A stretch of DNA of 63,046 bases from a virus. Taxonomy: Duplodnaviria > Caudoviricetes. The stretch's first letter is position 1; each line of letters starts with the position of its first letter. The position numbers and the translations under genes were made by a program. The stretch lies in IMG/VR virus record IMGVR_UViG_3300020171_000006, positions 1-63,046 of that record; one strand, given 5' to 3'. The notes beneath the pieces are model-generated. The model was not told the origin of the DNA. It worked only from the letters and a program-made list of their open reading frames with translations, and did no database searches. Shown piece by piece: positions 18,149 through 29,059 of the stretch.

Positions 18149-19421
18149 AATTACCCTCAAAGTTTATTGAATATCTTAATATATTATTTCCTAAATCTTC
18201 TATATAAACCTGAGTAATAAAATAAGTATCATTATAACGATAAGCGGAACTATCAGGATTAGTAATATTTAAAACAATCTTCTGCCCGGCTTTGAACCCA
18301 TAATAATTAACAATGGAAACAGACCCTTCTATTCGTGGGAATGCCCATTTATATAATTCTCGCATTGCTTTTCTTGTTCCAAAAAATACCGAATCTACTG
18401 TATTATCTTTAATCACATATTCGTAAACACCATCCCCACCTTCAACAGCAGCTAAATGAGATTGGGAAGCTTCATCATCAACTCGAATAATTAAAGGATA
18501 TGCAAATTTCATTGTTATGTTTAATACAATACCATTAGCAGGAGTTGTCTCGGCAGCAGCACAAAATAATGTTTGGTCATAATAATTATAAAAATAAGCA
18601 AATGAACCATCATCGGCATCAATATTTTCTCTACCAAGTATTTTTGCATCCCCATCTACTGTAAGAGAAATGCTTTTAGGTTTATATGGTAATGTCCAAT
18701 ATCGAGATTCACCGTTGCCAACAAATTTTACCGTTTGATTACCTGATTCTAAATCACCGCCCTGAAAATAAACTGTATTTCGTATCTGAGTATAATCAGA
18801 ATATATTCGCAGGGAATCAAAATAAGTTTTAAGATTAGCATCAGTTATTTCTAATGGGGCAGGAGTACCTAAAGAGGCATGAAAAAAATGTATATCTTTA
18901 TCTTTATCTATATACCATTCATAGCCTTCCATTTCTGCTAATTCTCTTACGCAATCGGATGGTTTTCTATAATTAAATAATATATCAAGTTCATGCTGTG
19001 GATAGGATATAATATTATTCATTGTAAAACCAATAGCAGGATCAGTAAAATTATCTATAATATGACTTACCACTGTATGAATTGTAGGTACAAATGAAGG
19101 ACTTAAAAGATCACTTTTATAATGTTCTTTAACCAATCGCCTATCAAATAATCGCCAATATCCAATACAGGAAAGTACATAACTCACTGTTTCCGGAGCA
19201 ACATATTCTCTTGTAATTGTAGATATAATCCCACTAAATAAATTCTGGATAGTATCATCAAGATAAATCTGTACATCATTTCCTTCTACTGGTTCGGTAG
19301 AAGGATTAACTAATTTAAATGATGCAGTATTAGAATTAGTAGTAGCCCTATCATAAATGGCAAGAGAACCACCCTGAATTATAACTTCTGTAGAATCCAC
19401 TGTACAATAAATAACACTCAT
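18138..19421 (-). CDS. Tail hub/distal tail protein
   Basis: Follows the TMP; ELAEMEGYEWYIDKDKDIHFF. Confidence 0.72.
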   Translation of the reverse strand: MSVIYCTVDSTEVIIQGGSLAIYDRATTNSNTASFKLVNPSTEPVEGNDVQIYLDDTIQNLFSGIISTITREYVAPETVSYVLSCIGYWRLFDRRLVKEHYKSDLLSPSFVPTIHTVVSHIIDNFTDPAIGFTMNNIISYPQHELDILFNYRKPSDCVRELAEMEGYEWYIDKDKDIHFFHASLGTPAPLEITDANLKTYFDSLRIYSDYTQIRNTVYFQGGDLESGNQTVKFVGNGESRYWTLPYKPKSISLTVDGDAKILGRENIDADDGSFAYFYNYYDQTLFCAAAETTPANGIVLNITMKFAYPLIIRVDDEASQSHLAAVEGGDGVYEYVIKDNTVDSVFFGTRKAMRELYKWAFPRIEGSVSIVNYYGFKAGQKIVLNITNPDSSAYRYNDTYFITQVYIEDLGNNILRYSINFEGNYGD

Positions 19422-22400
19422 TAAAGTATCGAGTATGTTTGTTGCATTCTCGCCCTTCTGGTTATACTTTCAACTATTTTACTTGCAAGACGGTCGGCGT
19501 CATTATCATTCAAAATTGTATTTCCGGTTACATAAATATTGATTGCGCCACCTTGATTTGCGCTATGTCTGGAATCACTTCTTGTAAGAACTTCCTCACC
19601 ACCATGAACAATAGCAGGAATAGGTCTTCCAATCATACCCTTTACAATTCCACCAAATTGATAACCAGGAATCCCCATTGCAGACAATTCTTCTTCGGTA
19701 TATTGCTGCGCAAGAGTTGGCGGGTTATAAGCACCCATAGCTGCCATTTCTGCAGTAGTCTTACCTTGTAAAGTACCAAATCCAGTATATTGATCTCCAA
19801 GTGCTGGTTTATCAAGTCCAAGACCTTCTCTTGTCTTACGATACATTGTTTCAAGAAATCCTTTAGGATCTTCCGTAACCCTCTTCCAAGCATCATATAT
19901 AGCCCATAAAGAACCAAGAATTATTAATGCTGGTCCTAATGCAGTTAAAACAGCAGTGGCGAGGGTTGCTGCAAAAGTAGCAATAGCAGTTATAACAGCA
20001 GGAGAAGTAAAGGAAGAGGCAAGAGCTCTAGTAAATTCCCATATTCCAGCTAATTTTGCTATAAACCATTTAATAGCGTCTCCTACAAAACCAGATTTTA
20101 ATGCATCAACAATACTTTGAGCAAGAGTCCAAAGTACAGAAAACTTACTAATGAACCATTTAATAATATTCCAGACCCAACTAGATTCTAATGCATCAAC
20201 TATTGATTTTGCTAATGTCCAAAGTACAGAAAACTTACTAATGAACCATTTAATAGTATCCCATACCCAACCAGATTTCAAAGCATCCACAATACTTCCA
20301 GCCAATTTCCACAATACCGAGAATTTTCCTACAAACCATAGAATTGTAGTTTGAACCCAATCAGATTGTAAAGCATCAACAATCCATTTTCCTAATGTAA
20401 TAGCAGTTTGAAGAATAAGAGCAAAAGCTGCTGCGCCAAGGTAAATAAAAGGATCAATAAGCTGATTATAAATCCATTTTCCTAATGTAATAGCTGTTTG
20501 AAGTATTAAAGCAAAGGCGGCACATCCTATTGATACAATAGGACTTACTAATTCTCTATAAATCCATTTTCCTAATTCAATAAATCCCTGAAGTATTAAA
20601 GAAAAAGCAGCACATCCAGCTTTAACAATAGGACTTACTAATTCTCTATAAATCCATTTTCCTAAATCTCTTAATTCTTCCCAAACTTTTTCTCCAATCC
20701 ATTTACAAGCATCTTCTACAATTTTTAAATGAAAAGTATCATAAATCCATTTTCCTAAGTCTTTCATTCCTTCCCAAACTTTACTACCTACCCAGGCGTA
20801 TGCCTTCATTGCAGTATCACTTGTAAAAACATTCCACAATGCATTAGCAAGACCGCCTATTGCCTTTAATTCAAGCTGGGTCATTAACATTGCACCAATA
20901 TCAGCAGCGGCATCCGAGGCATTATTTCTTAGATTATTCCAAATTTCTCTCCAATTACCTACAAGAATATCACGATTAAACCAAAATGCTACATTCTCTA
21001 ATTCCCATTTAATTCGGTAAGCAATATCCTTGAAAGTCTCTTCTGCATATAATCGTATCCTTTCAAATACTCCAGGGGGGGTTTCGCTTGTAAATGTAGT
21101 AAGAAGAGCTGTAGTATCAATAGGTAAAAATCCACGTGCTTCCAATTCAAGATTTCTTTCCCATTCTTCCCGAAGTCTGGCACGTTCAATTTCCACTAAT
21201 CGTATAGCTTTTGCTTCTTTCTCTGCTCCTATTACCATATTTTTCTGGTACTCTTGAAAATTAGCATATTCAGTCTGCATTGCAGAAATTTCATCTCTAT
21301 TTCTTGCAAATGCTTTTGTTACATCATCAAGAGAATTCGTTAATTCCTTATTATCAAATATAGCTGCTTCAGTAGTAGGAGTAGTCCCTCCGGCTTCCAT
21401 TTCTTCCATTGTTTTATAAATAGTACCAGAGGGTCTACTATAAGCTAAACCCTGCATTTTCTTTTCTTTAACAAAAGGCATTTTCTCCCATAAATCTTTT
21501 ACTGCTCCCATTATTACTTTTAAATCATTCCAGTAAGCAATAGCAAGAGTAACAGCAACTGCCATTGCAGTAAATCCAATAATAAGAGGTCCTGATATAG
21601 GAGTAAGTAAAGTAGCCATAGCAGTAAAAATTCCTGCTGTTGCTGCAGCTTTTACAATTAATGCTCCAGATAGTAAAAGTAAAATTCCACCAATAGCTAA
21701 TGATAATGCGCCTATTGCTGCTGTTAAACCTATAATAGTATTTGTTAATCTTGGAAATGCTTCTGTAAATTTTAATGTAAGAGCTAAAACTCCCCCCATC
21801 ATTTCAAGTAAATCGCCTGTTATTGGAATAAATACTTCACCAAGTCTCTTTATAAGTATATCAAGGGAAGAAGTAAAAGTTTTAAATTTATTAATTAAAG
21901 TATCCATCATAACGTCAAAAGCTTCTTGTGATGCCCCAGCAACTTCACCCATTAGTACAAGGTCTTCACTAAAACGTTGAGCACCTTTACCAGTAAGAAT
22001 CAGTATAGCATTAACCGCTCTCATTTCTGGAATAAGTTTAAAAAGTACATCAGCGCTCGCACCAGTTTCTTCTGTCAATTTATTAAAAACAGGAATTAAA
22101 CCATCAGCTGATATAGTCATTCCATCAAGAATTTCAATTAAATCTTCTGATGGTGTTGCAAGAGAAGAAAAGGCACCTCTTATACCTACAATAGCTTCCT
22201 CTGTTGAAATACCACTAAATGTTAATGTGGCGATCATAGCAGCTAATTCTTCAAAAGAAACACCTAATCCTGCTGCAATTGGAATAGCCCTTGCAAGAAC
22301 AGGTCCCATTTCAGCAACTGTTGTTTTACCTCTATTTTGAGTCGTTATTAATATGTCCATGACATTAACCGCATCTTCTACGGACTTTCCATAAGCATTA

Positions 22401-22852
22401 ATAACAGTTGTCAAAATATCAACAGCAGTTGTTGTATCGGTAAAACCACCAATAGCTAATTTTGTAGCATCATTTAAAAAGGTAACTGCTTTTGTAGCTT
22501 CTACACCTGCAGATACTGCTTGATATAAAGCATCAGTAAGTTCATTTACACTTTGAGGACGTTGCATAGCAAGAGTTTTTAACTCTTTATTCATTCCAGC
22601 AAGTACTACTGTATTATTATTTATTAGAGTGGCAACTTTAGCAAGACGATATTCAAAGTCGGAGGCGGATTTAGTAGCAAGAACAAAAACACCTGTTATA
22701 ATAGCACCAAATGCGGTGAAGGCTACCCCTGCCCTTAGTATATTCGCCTGATGCTTCTCCAGCGAATTACCAACTTTTTTCATTCCTGCTTCAAACTTAG
22801 TGGCATCAGCTACAATATCATATCGTAACCTGCCACCTAATACATCAGCCAT
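19421..22852 (-). CDS. Tape measure protein (TP901-like core)
   Basis: 1143 aa; DALYQAVSAG, GKTTVAEM; Trp repeats. Confidence 0.93.
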   Translation of the reverse strand: MADVLGGRLRYDIVADATKFEAGMKKVGNSLEKHQANILRAGVAFTAFGAIITGVFVLATKSASDFEYRLAKVATLINNNTVVLAGMNKELKTLAMQRPQSVNELTDALYQAVSAGVEATKAVTFLNDATKLAIGGFTDTTTAVDILTTVINAYGKSVEDAVNVMDILITTQNRGKTTVAEMGPVLARAIPIAAGLGVSFEELAAMIATLTFSGISTEEAIVGIRGAFSSLATPSEDLIEILDGMTISADGLIPVFNKLTEETGASADVLFKLIPEMRAVNAILILTGKGAQRFSEDLVLMGEVAGASQEAFDVMMDTLINKFKTFTSSLDILIKRLGEVFIPITGDLLEMMGGVLALTLKFTEAFPRLTNTIIGLTAAIGALSLAIGGILLLLSGALIVKAAATAGIFTAMATLLTPISGPLIIGFTAMAVAVTLAIAYWNDLKVIMGAVKDLWEKMPFVKEKKMQGLAYSRPSGTIYKTMEEMEAGGTTPTTEAAIFDNKELTNSLDDVTKAFARNRDEISAMQTEYANFQEYQKNMVIGAEKEAKAIRLVEIERARLREEWERNLELEARGFLPIDTTALLTTFTSETPPGVFERIRLYAEETFKDIAYRIKWELENVAFWFNRDILVGNWREIWNNLRNNASDAAADIGAMLMTQLELKAIGGLANALWNVFTSDTAMKAYAWVGSKVWEGMKDLGKWIYDTFHLKIVEDACKWIGEKVWEELRDLGKWIYRELVSPIVKAGCAAFSLILQGFIELGKWIYRELVSPIVSIGCAAFALILQTAITLGKWIYNQLIDPFIYLGAAAFALILQTAITLGKWIVDALQSDWVQTTILWFVGKFSVLWKLAGSIVDALKSGWVWDTIKWFISKFSVLWTLAKSIVDALESSWVWNIIKWFISKFSVLWTLAQSIVDALKSGFVGDAIKWFIAKLAGIWEFTRALASSFTSPAVITAIATFAATLATAVLTALGPALIILGSLWAIYDAWKRVTEDPKGFLETMYRKTREGLGLDKPALGDQYTGFGTLQGKTTAEMAAMGAYNPPTLAQQYTEEELSAMGIPGYQFGGIVKGMIGRPIPAIVHGGEEVLTRSDSRHSANQGGAINIYVTGNTILNDNDADRLASKIVESITRRARMQQTYSIL
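20100..20760 (-). repeat. About 90-nt (30-aa) Trp-periodic repeats in the TMP
   Basis: AATCCATTTTCCTAA at about 20381/20471/20561/20651; near-identical blocks at 20131/20221. Confidence 0.85.
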
Positions 22853-23103
22853 TAATTGCCCCGTCCTTCAGTTCTCTGCATATGTTTAATGCCCTCGATG
22901 CCTGTCTTAAATACAGGTTTATCCTGCTGTTTTTTCTGAGACTCTTTCATTCTATCAGATTCAATTTGACTACCTAATACTGCAACAGCAGCATCAAAAT
23001 TGATTTCCCATATTGAACTTTCCTGAATTATTTTAGATGGTCTTTGCCCATATCTTTGACAAAGACCATCTAATAACCCTACAAATTGCTCATTCTTCAG
23101 GAA
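22852..23103 (-). CDS. Tail assembly chaperone frameshift extension (gpT-like), +1 frame
   Basis: Open frame FLKNEQFVGLLDGLCQRYGQRPSKII...EGRGN*, entered at CCC TTT C (23107-23101). Confidence 0.72.
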   Translation of the reverse strand, partial: FLKNEQFVGLLDGLCQRYGQRPSKIIQESSIWEINFDAAVAVLGSQIESDRMKESQKKQQDKPVFKTGIEGIKHMQRTEGRGN

Positions 23104-23482
23104 AGGGAAGCAAATCTGGTGCTCCCGCTTCTGAAGAATTTATAACAAAGATTGCCTGTCGATCATTAAATGGAATTTCACCAACATCTTCAATGGTAAC
23201 GGGCGGGTTAACAAGAGATAGAACAGTAATTGAATTAATTAAATTAGTCATATTACTTAATTCAACTATTGACACTTTCTGTCCACCCTTTGCCATTTTA
23301 TTTGATGCTTCCATCGCTGTATTGAACATTTCTAATGGCAAATTACCAATAGAAACCTGTTCAATAAGACTTAACCTTTTCAATTCCACAGTTACCCCTG
23401 AAGGTAATTTATGAAATTCTGTCTTTTTGGATTTTGCTTTCCACTCAGAGAGTGAAATTGATCTTAAATCTTTCTTCTGCAT
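23090..23482 (-). CDS. Tail assembly chaperone (gpG-like)
   Basis: Between tail tube and TMP; ends LLPFPEE. Confidence 0.78.
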   Translation of the reverse strand: MQKKDLRSISLSEWKAKSKKTEFHKLPSGVTVELKRLSLIEQVSIGNLPLEMFNTAMEASNKMAKGGQKVSIVELSNMTNLINSITVLSLVNPPVTIEDVGEIPFNDRQAIFVINSSEAGAPDLLPFPEE

Positions 23483-23506
23483 AATTGCTTTCCTCCGTTT
23501 AAAATG

Positions 23507-24055
23507 TTATGCTGTAGCAGTGCTATCACCAAGCAGGAATAATTGATTACCTGTTGATTTAGTTGAATCTTTAATAGCATGAAACTCAACTGGCACTACC
23601 CATGAACCATCCTCAAGTGAAAACGAATAAGCAAGTTTCACTTCAGGAAATGCTTTGTAAATTGTGATCTTCTCGTTACTATCAGTCGTTTCAGTCCCAG
23701 CGGCATCCCCCAATGGGGTAATAACAAGCGTAAGAGCATCCCCCACCGCAATCTGATGGCCACCAAACTGAATCTTTTTCTTACTACCAGCACCATCAAG
23801 AACATAAGTTCCTGTATTCATTACTGAAGTAAGTAAACTCAATTCTGTTTCAAGCATTGCAATCGTAGCAACTGCCCTTTCAGAAATGATTTTCTTATCA
23901 ATAAGCATGGAAGTCTGTGATGAGGTAACTTCAAAATAGGTTATATCATATCTAAATGTAACCGCATCCTTGAAATAACCCAGTTCAACAGAATTGAAAC
24001 TAACTCCAGCAGCACCATAATTAATATTTGTAGCTGTTAACGTACGAGTTGCCAT
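23507..24055 (-). CDS. Major tail (tube) protein
   Basis: Position; NINYGAA..ELGY...VPVEF pattern. Confidence 0.78.
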   Translation of the reverse strand: MATRTLTATNINYGAAGVSFNSVELGYFKDAVTFRYDITYFEVTSSQTSMLIDKKIISERAVATIAMLETELSLLTSVMNTGTYVLDGAGSKKKIQFGGHQIAVGDALTLVITPLGDAAGTETTDSNEKITIYKAFPEVKLAYSFSLEDGSWVVPVEFHAIKDSTKSTGNQLFLLGDSTATA

Positions 24056-24058
24056 ATC

Positions 24059-24529
24059 TTAAAAACCTCCCTTTGCAATATCATTTATTGCTTCTTTAAC
24101 TTCATTTACAAAATCTTTTTCTGACTTCTTAGCAGCATTTGACATATAAGGTCTTGGGCCTCTTTTTCTATTTGGTCCCGCGCCCATGTGAACATGAACA
24201 CCATAATTAACATGAGTAATAATGCCACTCGTTAATGTATTACTTGTTTTCTCTACCTTAATATTACCAACTCCAGTTTCTAATTTTCCCTGAGCAACAG
24301 TAGAATTCATTAATTTTCTGGTACGTTTATAACCAGAAGCTTCAGGAGTACTATAAACTAATTCATTTAATTCATCTTTAGCACTTCCCTCCAGTATAAC
24401 TGCGCCATTAATTAATGCTTGATTCATTCTTGGATGAGCTATTAAATCTTCCAACTTATTGAACCATGCTTGAGCTAATCGAGCATCATCAGGATTAACT
24501 TTAATATCAAAAACTGGTTTTTCAGCCAC
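24059..24529 (-). CDS. HK97 gp10-like tail component
   Basis: YKRTRKLMNS...YGVHVHMG...PRPYM. Confidence 0.75.
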   Translation of the reverse strand: MAEKPVFDIKVNPDDARLAQAWFNKLEDLIAHPRMNQALINGAVILEGSAKDELNELVYSTPEASGYKRTRKLMNSTVAQGKLETGVGNIKVEKTSNTLTSGIITHVNYGVHVHMGAGPNRKRGPRPYMSNAAKKSEKDFVNEVKEAINDIAKGGF

Positions 24530-24926
24530 TTGTTTTCCTCACTTCTGTTTCATACAAAGCAGTATAATAATGTGCTGAATCATCCTCGAAATGTGAGGGA
24601 CCAGAATTGCGAAGACATTTACAAAGATTGATTTCACTATTGAGGTTGGTGTTTGCCCGCTTATCAATAAGTAAATCAACATTCTGCATTAAAGCAAAAG
24701 CATGAGTCTTTTTCTTTGCCTTAGTATTTATTCGTACCCCACAAGGAAATATCTCAAATGCTGGATGAGTAGAGGGGATTTCAGCAAAAATTGAAATCCC
24801 TTCCCTATCAGAATTTACTGGGAATTTCTCTTTATAAATAGTAACAGTAAAGTTTCCATTCCCAACAATATTTACCATGTTGGTTACAAAGTAGTCTTTA
24901 AATGCCCCTTCAACATCGAGAATCAT
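24522..24926 (-). CDS. Tail terminator-like protein
   Basis: Size and position. Confidence 0.55.
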   Translation of the reverse strand: MILDVEGAFKDYFVTNMVNIVGNGNFTVTIYKEKFPVNSDREGISIFAEIPSTHPAFEIFPCGVRINTKAKKKTHAFALMQNVDLLIDKRANTNLNSEINLCKCLRNSGPSHFEDDSAHYYTALYETEVRKTSG

Positions 24927-24927
24927 A

Positions 24928-26061
24928 TTAATTCTCTTTCGTGTAAACCACTACAAAAGTGGCATCATAAATAGTGGAAGCTGTTCCGGTTTCAACCAGT
25001 TCTACCTGAATATGCTCTGCCGCATCAAGGTAATTATACGGTTGAGCAATATCACCCATATCATATAGATAACCAGCCGCAAGAGCAGTTCCACCACCAT
25101 AAGGACCATGCACAAATGCATCCGTCAGCCACTTTGCACTTTCATCTTTCACAATCAACTGCCAATAAGCAGTATTAGAATCAACTGCACATGCCTGTGA
25201 AGAACCAAAATAAATCTTATGAATCTTCACATCGCAATGAGGATTAAAAATAGGAATTTTGAATGTACTGGCAGTAGCAATATCACCAGCATTTGTTACA
25301 TGATAATAATACTGGTCAGGCGGATAATAATCAGTTCCACCATGCATTTTACCAGAATTATCAATCCTGAATCTTTCCACCCCACTTTGCCTTACGCTCA
25401 GATGATCCCTACCATCAGAATCATGCTGAATAAGAGGAGCAGAACCAATATCATTGATTACTCGAATCACATTATCAGTAGCAGTTCCAACGGAACTTCC
25501 ATCATTGAGTTTTCCACTCATTGGAGCATCAATAGTATAAGTAAGTGAAACTGTTACCCCTGAAATTGCTGTACCAGTACTTGCCTTTATGATTGTTAAT
25601 TGTAATGTATCACCAGCAGCAAGATGGTCTTGGTCAGCGGTAGTCGCAATAGTAAAATCTCTTGGTTCATGAATTGTAAATCCCGTTGTAACGGTTGTTA
25701 GTGAACCAAGAGCGGTACTATTACCGGTCTGTTGTAGAGTAATAGTCTGATAAAGTGTTGCACTATTTGCCGCCGTTGTATCCGCTGCAATCGAGCAATG
25801 AGTAATGGTTACATCATTTCCACACCGAAGTAAAGGATAAACATAAGCATCATTATCAGCAGCAATATCACCAAGTCCAATAGTAGCATATCTATATTTC
25901 CAACCTGAAGTAGTATAAATTGTACCATCGGACATTAGTTTAAATTTTAATGTTCCATCATCGTAATGTGAAATTATATCTCTTTGATTATTCACATCGA
26001 AAATCATAGCAGGACCAGAGCCCTGAGAATCCTCAACATGAATTACACTTGTTGCACCCAT
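24928..26061 (-). CDS. Virion structural protein with a duplicated beta domain
   Basis: GDIA motif twice; paralogous to 26077..26634. Confidence 0.6.
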   Translation of the reverse strand: MGATSVIHVEDSQGSGPAMIFDVNNQRDIISHYDDGTLKFKLMSDGTIYTTSGWKYRYATIGLGDIAADNDAYVYPLLRCGNDVTITHCSIAADTTAANSATLYQTITLQQTGNSTALGSLTTVTTGFTIHEPRDFTIATTADQDHLAAGDTLQLTIIKASTGTAISGVTVSLTYTIDAPMSGKLNDGSSVGTATDNVIRVINDIGSAPLIQHDSDGRDHLSVRQSGVERFRIDNSGKMHGGTDYYPPDQYYYHVTNAGDIATASTFKIPIFNPHCDVKIHKIYFGSSQACAVDSNTAYWQLIVKDESAKWLTDAFVHGPYGGGTALAAGYLYDMGDIAQPYNYLDAAEHIQVELVETGTASTIYDATFVVVYTKEN

Positions 26062-26076
26062 TTATTTTCCTCCTTA

Positions 26077-26634
26077 TTATGTACCTAATGTATATTCAAT
26101 TAAAAATGTTAAACCAGCCATTGCTAAACCGCCAACTGTCTTAGTATATGTACAATACAGATAATCATCGGCTACAATAGAAGCATTAGTAATAGCACCT
26201 AATGTAGTCCATGTCTCATCTGCAAGACCTGGATTAGCCGCTGCGGTTGTAAAAGTTGCCACAGCCCCGTCATCCACTTCCCTTTTAACTGTAATAATTT
26301 GTTTATTTGTAGTTCCATCAGCCGTATCAGCATTTACACAAATATAAATATTAGTAACTGTACAGGTTGCCTGCGGTTGCCATAAATAATTTTGCAAAGC
26401 ATCAGAATCAGCAGCAATATCGCCAATGCAAACGATTACCTGACGTTTAGGATCACCCCCACCAGGGTCAGGTAATCCACTGGAATCAACTGAGAATGCC
26501 TCTGTACCACTCTGCTCAAAATCTATTACATCTCTTGTTCCACCACCACCAGCGTCACCACCATCATTTCTTATAATCGCCCCTGTTCCGGGCGGATTAA
26601 CAAATTTGAAAACAGGTGTTTCATCCGTTGCCAT
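26077..26634 (-). CDS. Virion structural protein
   Basis: GDIAADSDA vs GDIAADNDA in the neighbour. Confidence 0.6.
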   Translation of the reverse strand: MATDETPVFKFVNPPGTGAIIRNDGGDAGGGGTRDVIDFEQSGTEAFSVDSSGLPDPGGGDPKRQVIVCIGDIAADSDALQNYLWQPQATCTVTNIYICVNADTADGTTNKQIITVKREVDDGAVATFTTAAANPGLADETWTTLGAITNASIVADDYLYCTYTKTVGGLAMAGLTFLIEYTLGT

Positions 26635-26792
26635 TATACTTTTCTCCTTGTTTTAATTGTTATAGGTTTTACTACTTTATTTGCTTGATTGACTGCATTT
26701 ATAACAGTAGGAATACTTTCACCAACCGCCCTCTCTTCAGCTGTTGCAGTCCCATCAATCAACCTTTGAATTAATCGCAATCTCTGCTTCAT
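26634..26792 (-). CDS. Small hypothetical protein
   Basis: SD AGGAG, MKQRL start. Confidence 0.55.
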   Translation of the reverse strand: MKQRLRLIQRLIDGTATAEERAVGESIPTVINAVNQANKVVKPITIKTRRKV

Positions 26793-27129
26793 TATATTCT
26801 CTCCTTCTTGAAACAACTACCATGTAATATTCAACCTGTCCAGTCAGCATTTTCATCCTTGAAAAAATACCACCTGGAACTATATCATATTCATAACCAT
26901 CAAATAGAATTTTATCACCCGGAGAAACTGATTCCGTTATAATGAAATAGCCATCTATCTGAATATTCTCTCCTAACTGTTCTTTGACTTCTTTACTAAT
27001 CTTTCCTCTAAACAGATAATCAATCTCATCGGACGGATCATAAGTAGGTTCAAAATCATCATCCACAGAATCAGATTGCCTGCGTAAAATCTTACAGGAA
27101 AGTTCAGTTATGAGAAATGAACTAATCAA
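26755..27129 (-). CDS. Head closure/stopper protein
   Basis: PGDKILFDGYEYDI pattern; position. Confidence 0.65.
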   Translation of the reverse strand: MISSFLITELSCKILRRQSDSVDDDFEPTYDPSDEIDYLFRGKISKEVKEQLGENIQIDGYFIITESVSPGDKILFDGYEYDIVPGGIFSRMKMLTGQVEYYMVVVSRRREYNEAEIAINSKVD

Positions 27130-27710
27130 AGCATCCTCTCATTATCCGGTTCATTAATGCCAATATTATCTACAGCAATAAATGAAAGTGGTTTAGGTAA
27201 TCGGCAAAGAATCTTCTCAATCTGATTATCATCAAACCAAACAGTACCACCTTCAATATCAATCTGTTTCATCTGCAATGGATTTTTCCTAAGATACAAG
27301 GCAAGTGATGCTTCGACATTCTTTACTGTATTTATTGTTGAAGTGTAAAAGTCCACTTCTGGATTTCCACTTATCTCAGTAAATCCATAAACATAAACCA
27401 CTACAATATTATCATGCCCCCAAGGAAGACTTGAAAACAGTCGTATTCTACCCTCTGGTCGCCTTACTTCAAAATCAGTATCTTCAGTCTGGGCAACATC
27501 ATCAATAGTAAGAGAAGTAACTGAAATGATTGGCAATCTTAAATTAATCCAGAAATTATCCTGTCCTCCTGAAAATGTCTGAGTAATAGTAGTGGATTCC
27601 CAGCGATAGCCAGAATACATATCAAGTAAGGATCGAGCATCATCAAGATTTTCCTGAGTAATCTCACTACCTACCCGCGCCTGCGCGCTTGTTAGTATAT
27701 TATATGACAT
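27126..27710 (-). CDS. Head-tail adaptor
   Basis: LPIISVTSL...NIVVVYVYGF pattern. Confidence 0.75.
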   Translation of the reverse strand: MSYNILTSAQARVGSEITQENLDDARSLLDMYSGYRWESTTITQTFSGGQDNFWINLRLPIISVTSLTIDDVAQTEDTDFEVRRPEGRIRLFSSLPWGHDNIVVVYVYGFTEISGNPEVDFYTSTINTVKNVEASLALYLRKNPLQMKQIDIEGGTVWFDDNQIEKILCRLPKPLSFIAVDNIGINEPDNERML

Positions 27711-27713
27711 TCG

Positions 27714-28088
27714 CTATTCCACCTTTTTCTTCACTACTTTTTTCTTTTTTGCCGCTTGTTTCCTTTTAATTGTTGCCCTTGATTTTACTCTTTGTTCCTC
27801 TGTCCAAGGCGATAAAAAAGGTTTCTCTTTTGACTTTTCAATAATCTCACCCGCTTGGGTAGTTATAGGGGCGGATGATTCTTCAAGCATTGGCTCACCT
27901 CTATTGTATAGAATACTGGATTTACTTCTGCCAAAGAGATAGGGTTTCATATCAATTAAACAGTCTGCAATCTTCTGTGGAACATCATATTCTATATCTG
28001 ATTTATGAAATCTAAACCGTTCCTGAGATTCAGGGTCATAATAAGTGAATGTTTTTTCCGCCTCATTTCCAATAAACCAAATTCTCAT
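27714..28088 (-). CDS. Hypothetical protein with basic C-terminus
   Basis: MRIWF start after GGAG. Confidence 0.6.
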   Translation of the reverse strand: MRIWFIGNEAEKTFTYYDPESQERFRFHKSDIEYDVPQKIADCLIDMKPYLFGRSKSSILYNRGEPMLEESSAPITTQAGEIIEKSKEKPFLSPWTEEQRVKSRATIKRKQAAKKKKVVKKKVE

Positions 28089-29059
28089 TGTACTCCCCTT
28101 TCGGAAAGACATTTGTTATACAACCAATCAGCGAAATGTTTAGAAGTGTAATTGTTAGCTACTAATTCTCTTCCGGTATCTGCTATTTCTTGCCATCTAT
28201 CAAACTGTCCTTTTTCCATGTCATGAAGAAAACCATTTACTTCCCATTCAAGATTATCCTTAGTTACATAAACACAATTCTCATAATTCTTAAATCCTAA
28301 ATCCTCATACTCTTTGTGGTGCTGAATAAACGTAACCATACCGGCAAGTGGCATTTCAAAGTATTTAGGTACTGGATAAAATTCGGATAAGGCAAGTCCT
28401 CCAGCAAACATCTTCAGCATAAGATGATAATCTGCCCCGCAAGGTACTTTATCATTCTGTATCCAGTGGGGGATATAATGAATATAAGGTTGTTTAAATG
28501 CCCATTTCCTAAATTCGTAAGCACCAATACCGCCATCCCAGGTTGCACCATTGCCAAGAACTTCATGTATTCTATTTGTTATTAAACCAGTTCCGGGGAC
28601 AAAATTAGGAGTAAGTGGAAAATACCAAAGCATATTCTCACAATTACCATTTAAATATAGCTCAAAATATTGAAAGAATCTTTCCCTCACTGGTGATATA
28701 ATATGGTCTATATCCCTACTAAGGGAACGTTCAATACGCTGTTTAGCATCCAGTTTATGTACCACTACACCCGTGTCCTGGTACTGTCCCTTTACTTCAT
28801 TCTGATGAGGATCACTGAAATACTCTAATTTCAAAGCGGAATGCTTTTCAATTCCATCAATTTTAATGTGATGAGATGAATGAACATCGTAGAACAGAAT
28901 AACATCAGCATCAATATCCTGAGCAGAGCAGTCATTATTTATATCAGTAACATCAAATCTGCTCTGTTTCAACGCTTCAAACATATTTCTGAAAACTGGA
29001 CTATATGTTTGTGGTCTTAACTTCTGGTCGTTCTTATCGTACACCAGCGCAAATTTCAT
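28085..29059 (-). CDS. GT-B glycosyltransferase (CgeB/Glyco_trans_1_2-like)
   Basis: VPKYFEMPLAG...EIADTGRELV. Confidence 0.75.
   Translation of the reverse strand: MKFALVYDKNDQKLRPQTYSPVFRNMFEALKQSRFDVTDINNDCSAQDIDADVILFYDVHSSHHIKIDGIEKHSALKLEYFSDPHQNEVKGQYQDTGVVVHKLDAKQRIERSLSRDIDHIISPVRERFFQYFELYLNGNCENMLWYFPLTPNFVPGTGLITNRIHEVLGNGATWDGGIGAYEFRKWAFKQPYIHYIPHWIQNDKVPCGADYHLMLKMFAGGLALSEFYPVPKYFEMPLAGMVTFIQHHKEYEDLGFKNYENCVYVTKDNLEWEVNGFLHDMEKGQFDRWQEIADTGRELVANNYTSKHFADWLYNKCLSERGVQ

Noticed and set aside
20100-20760. CRISPR-like periodic repeats
   Set aside because: They are in-frame 30-aa tape-measure repeats with no unique spacers and no cas genes
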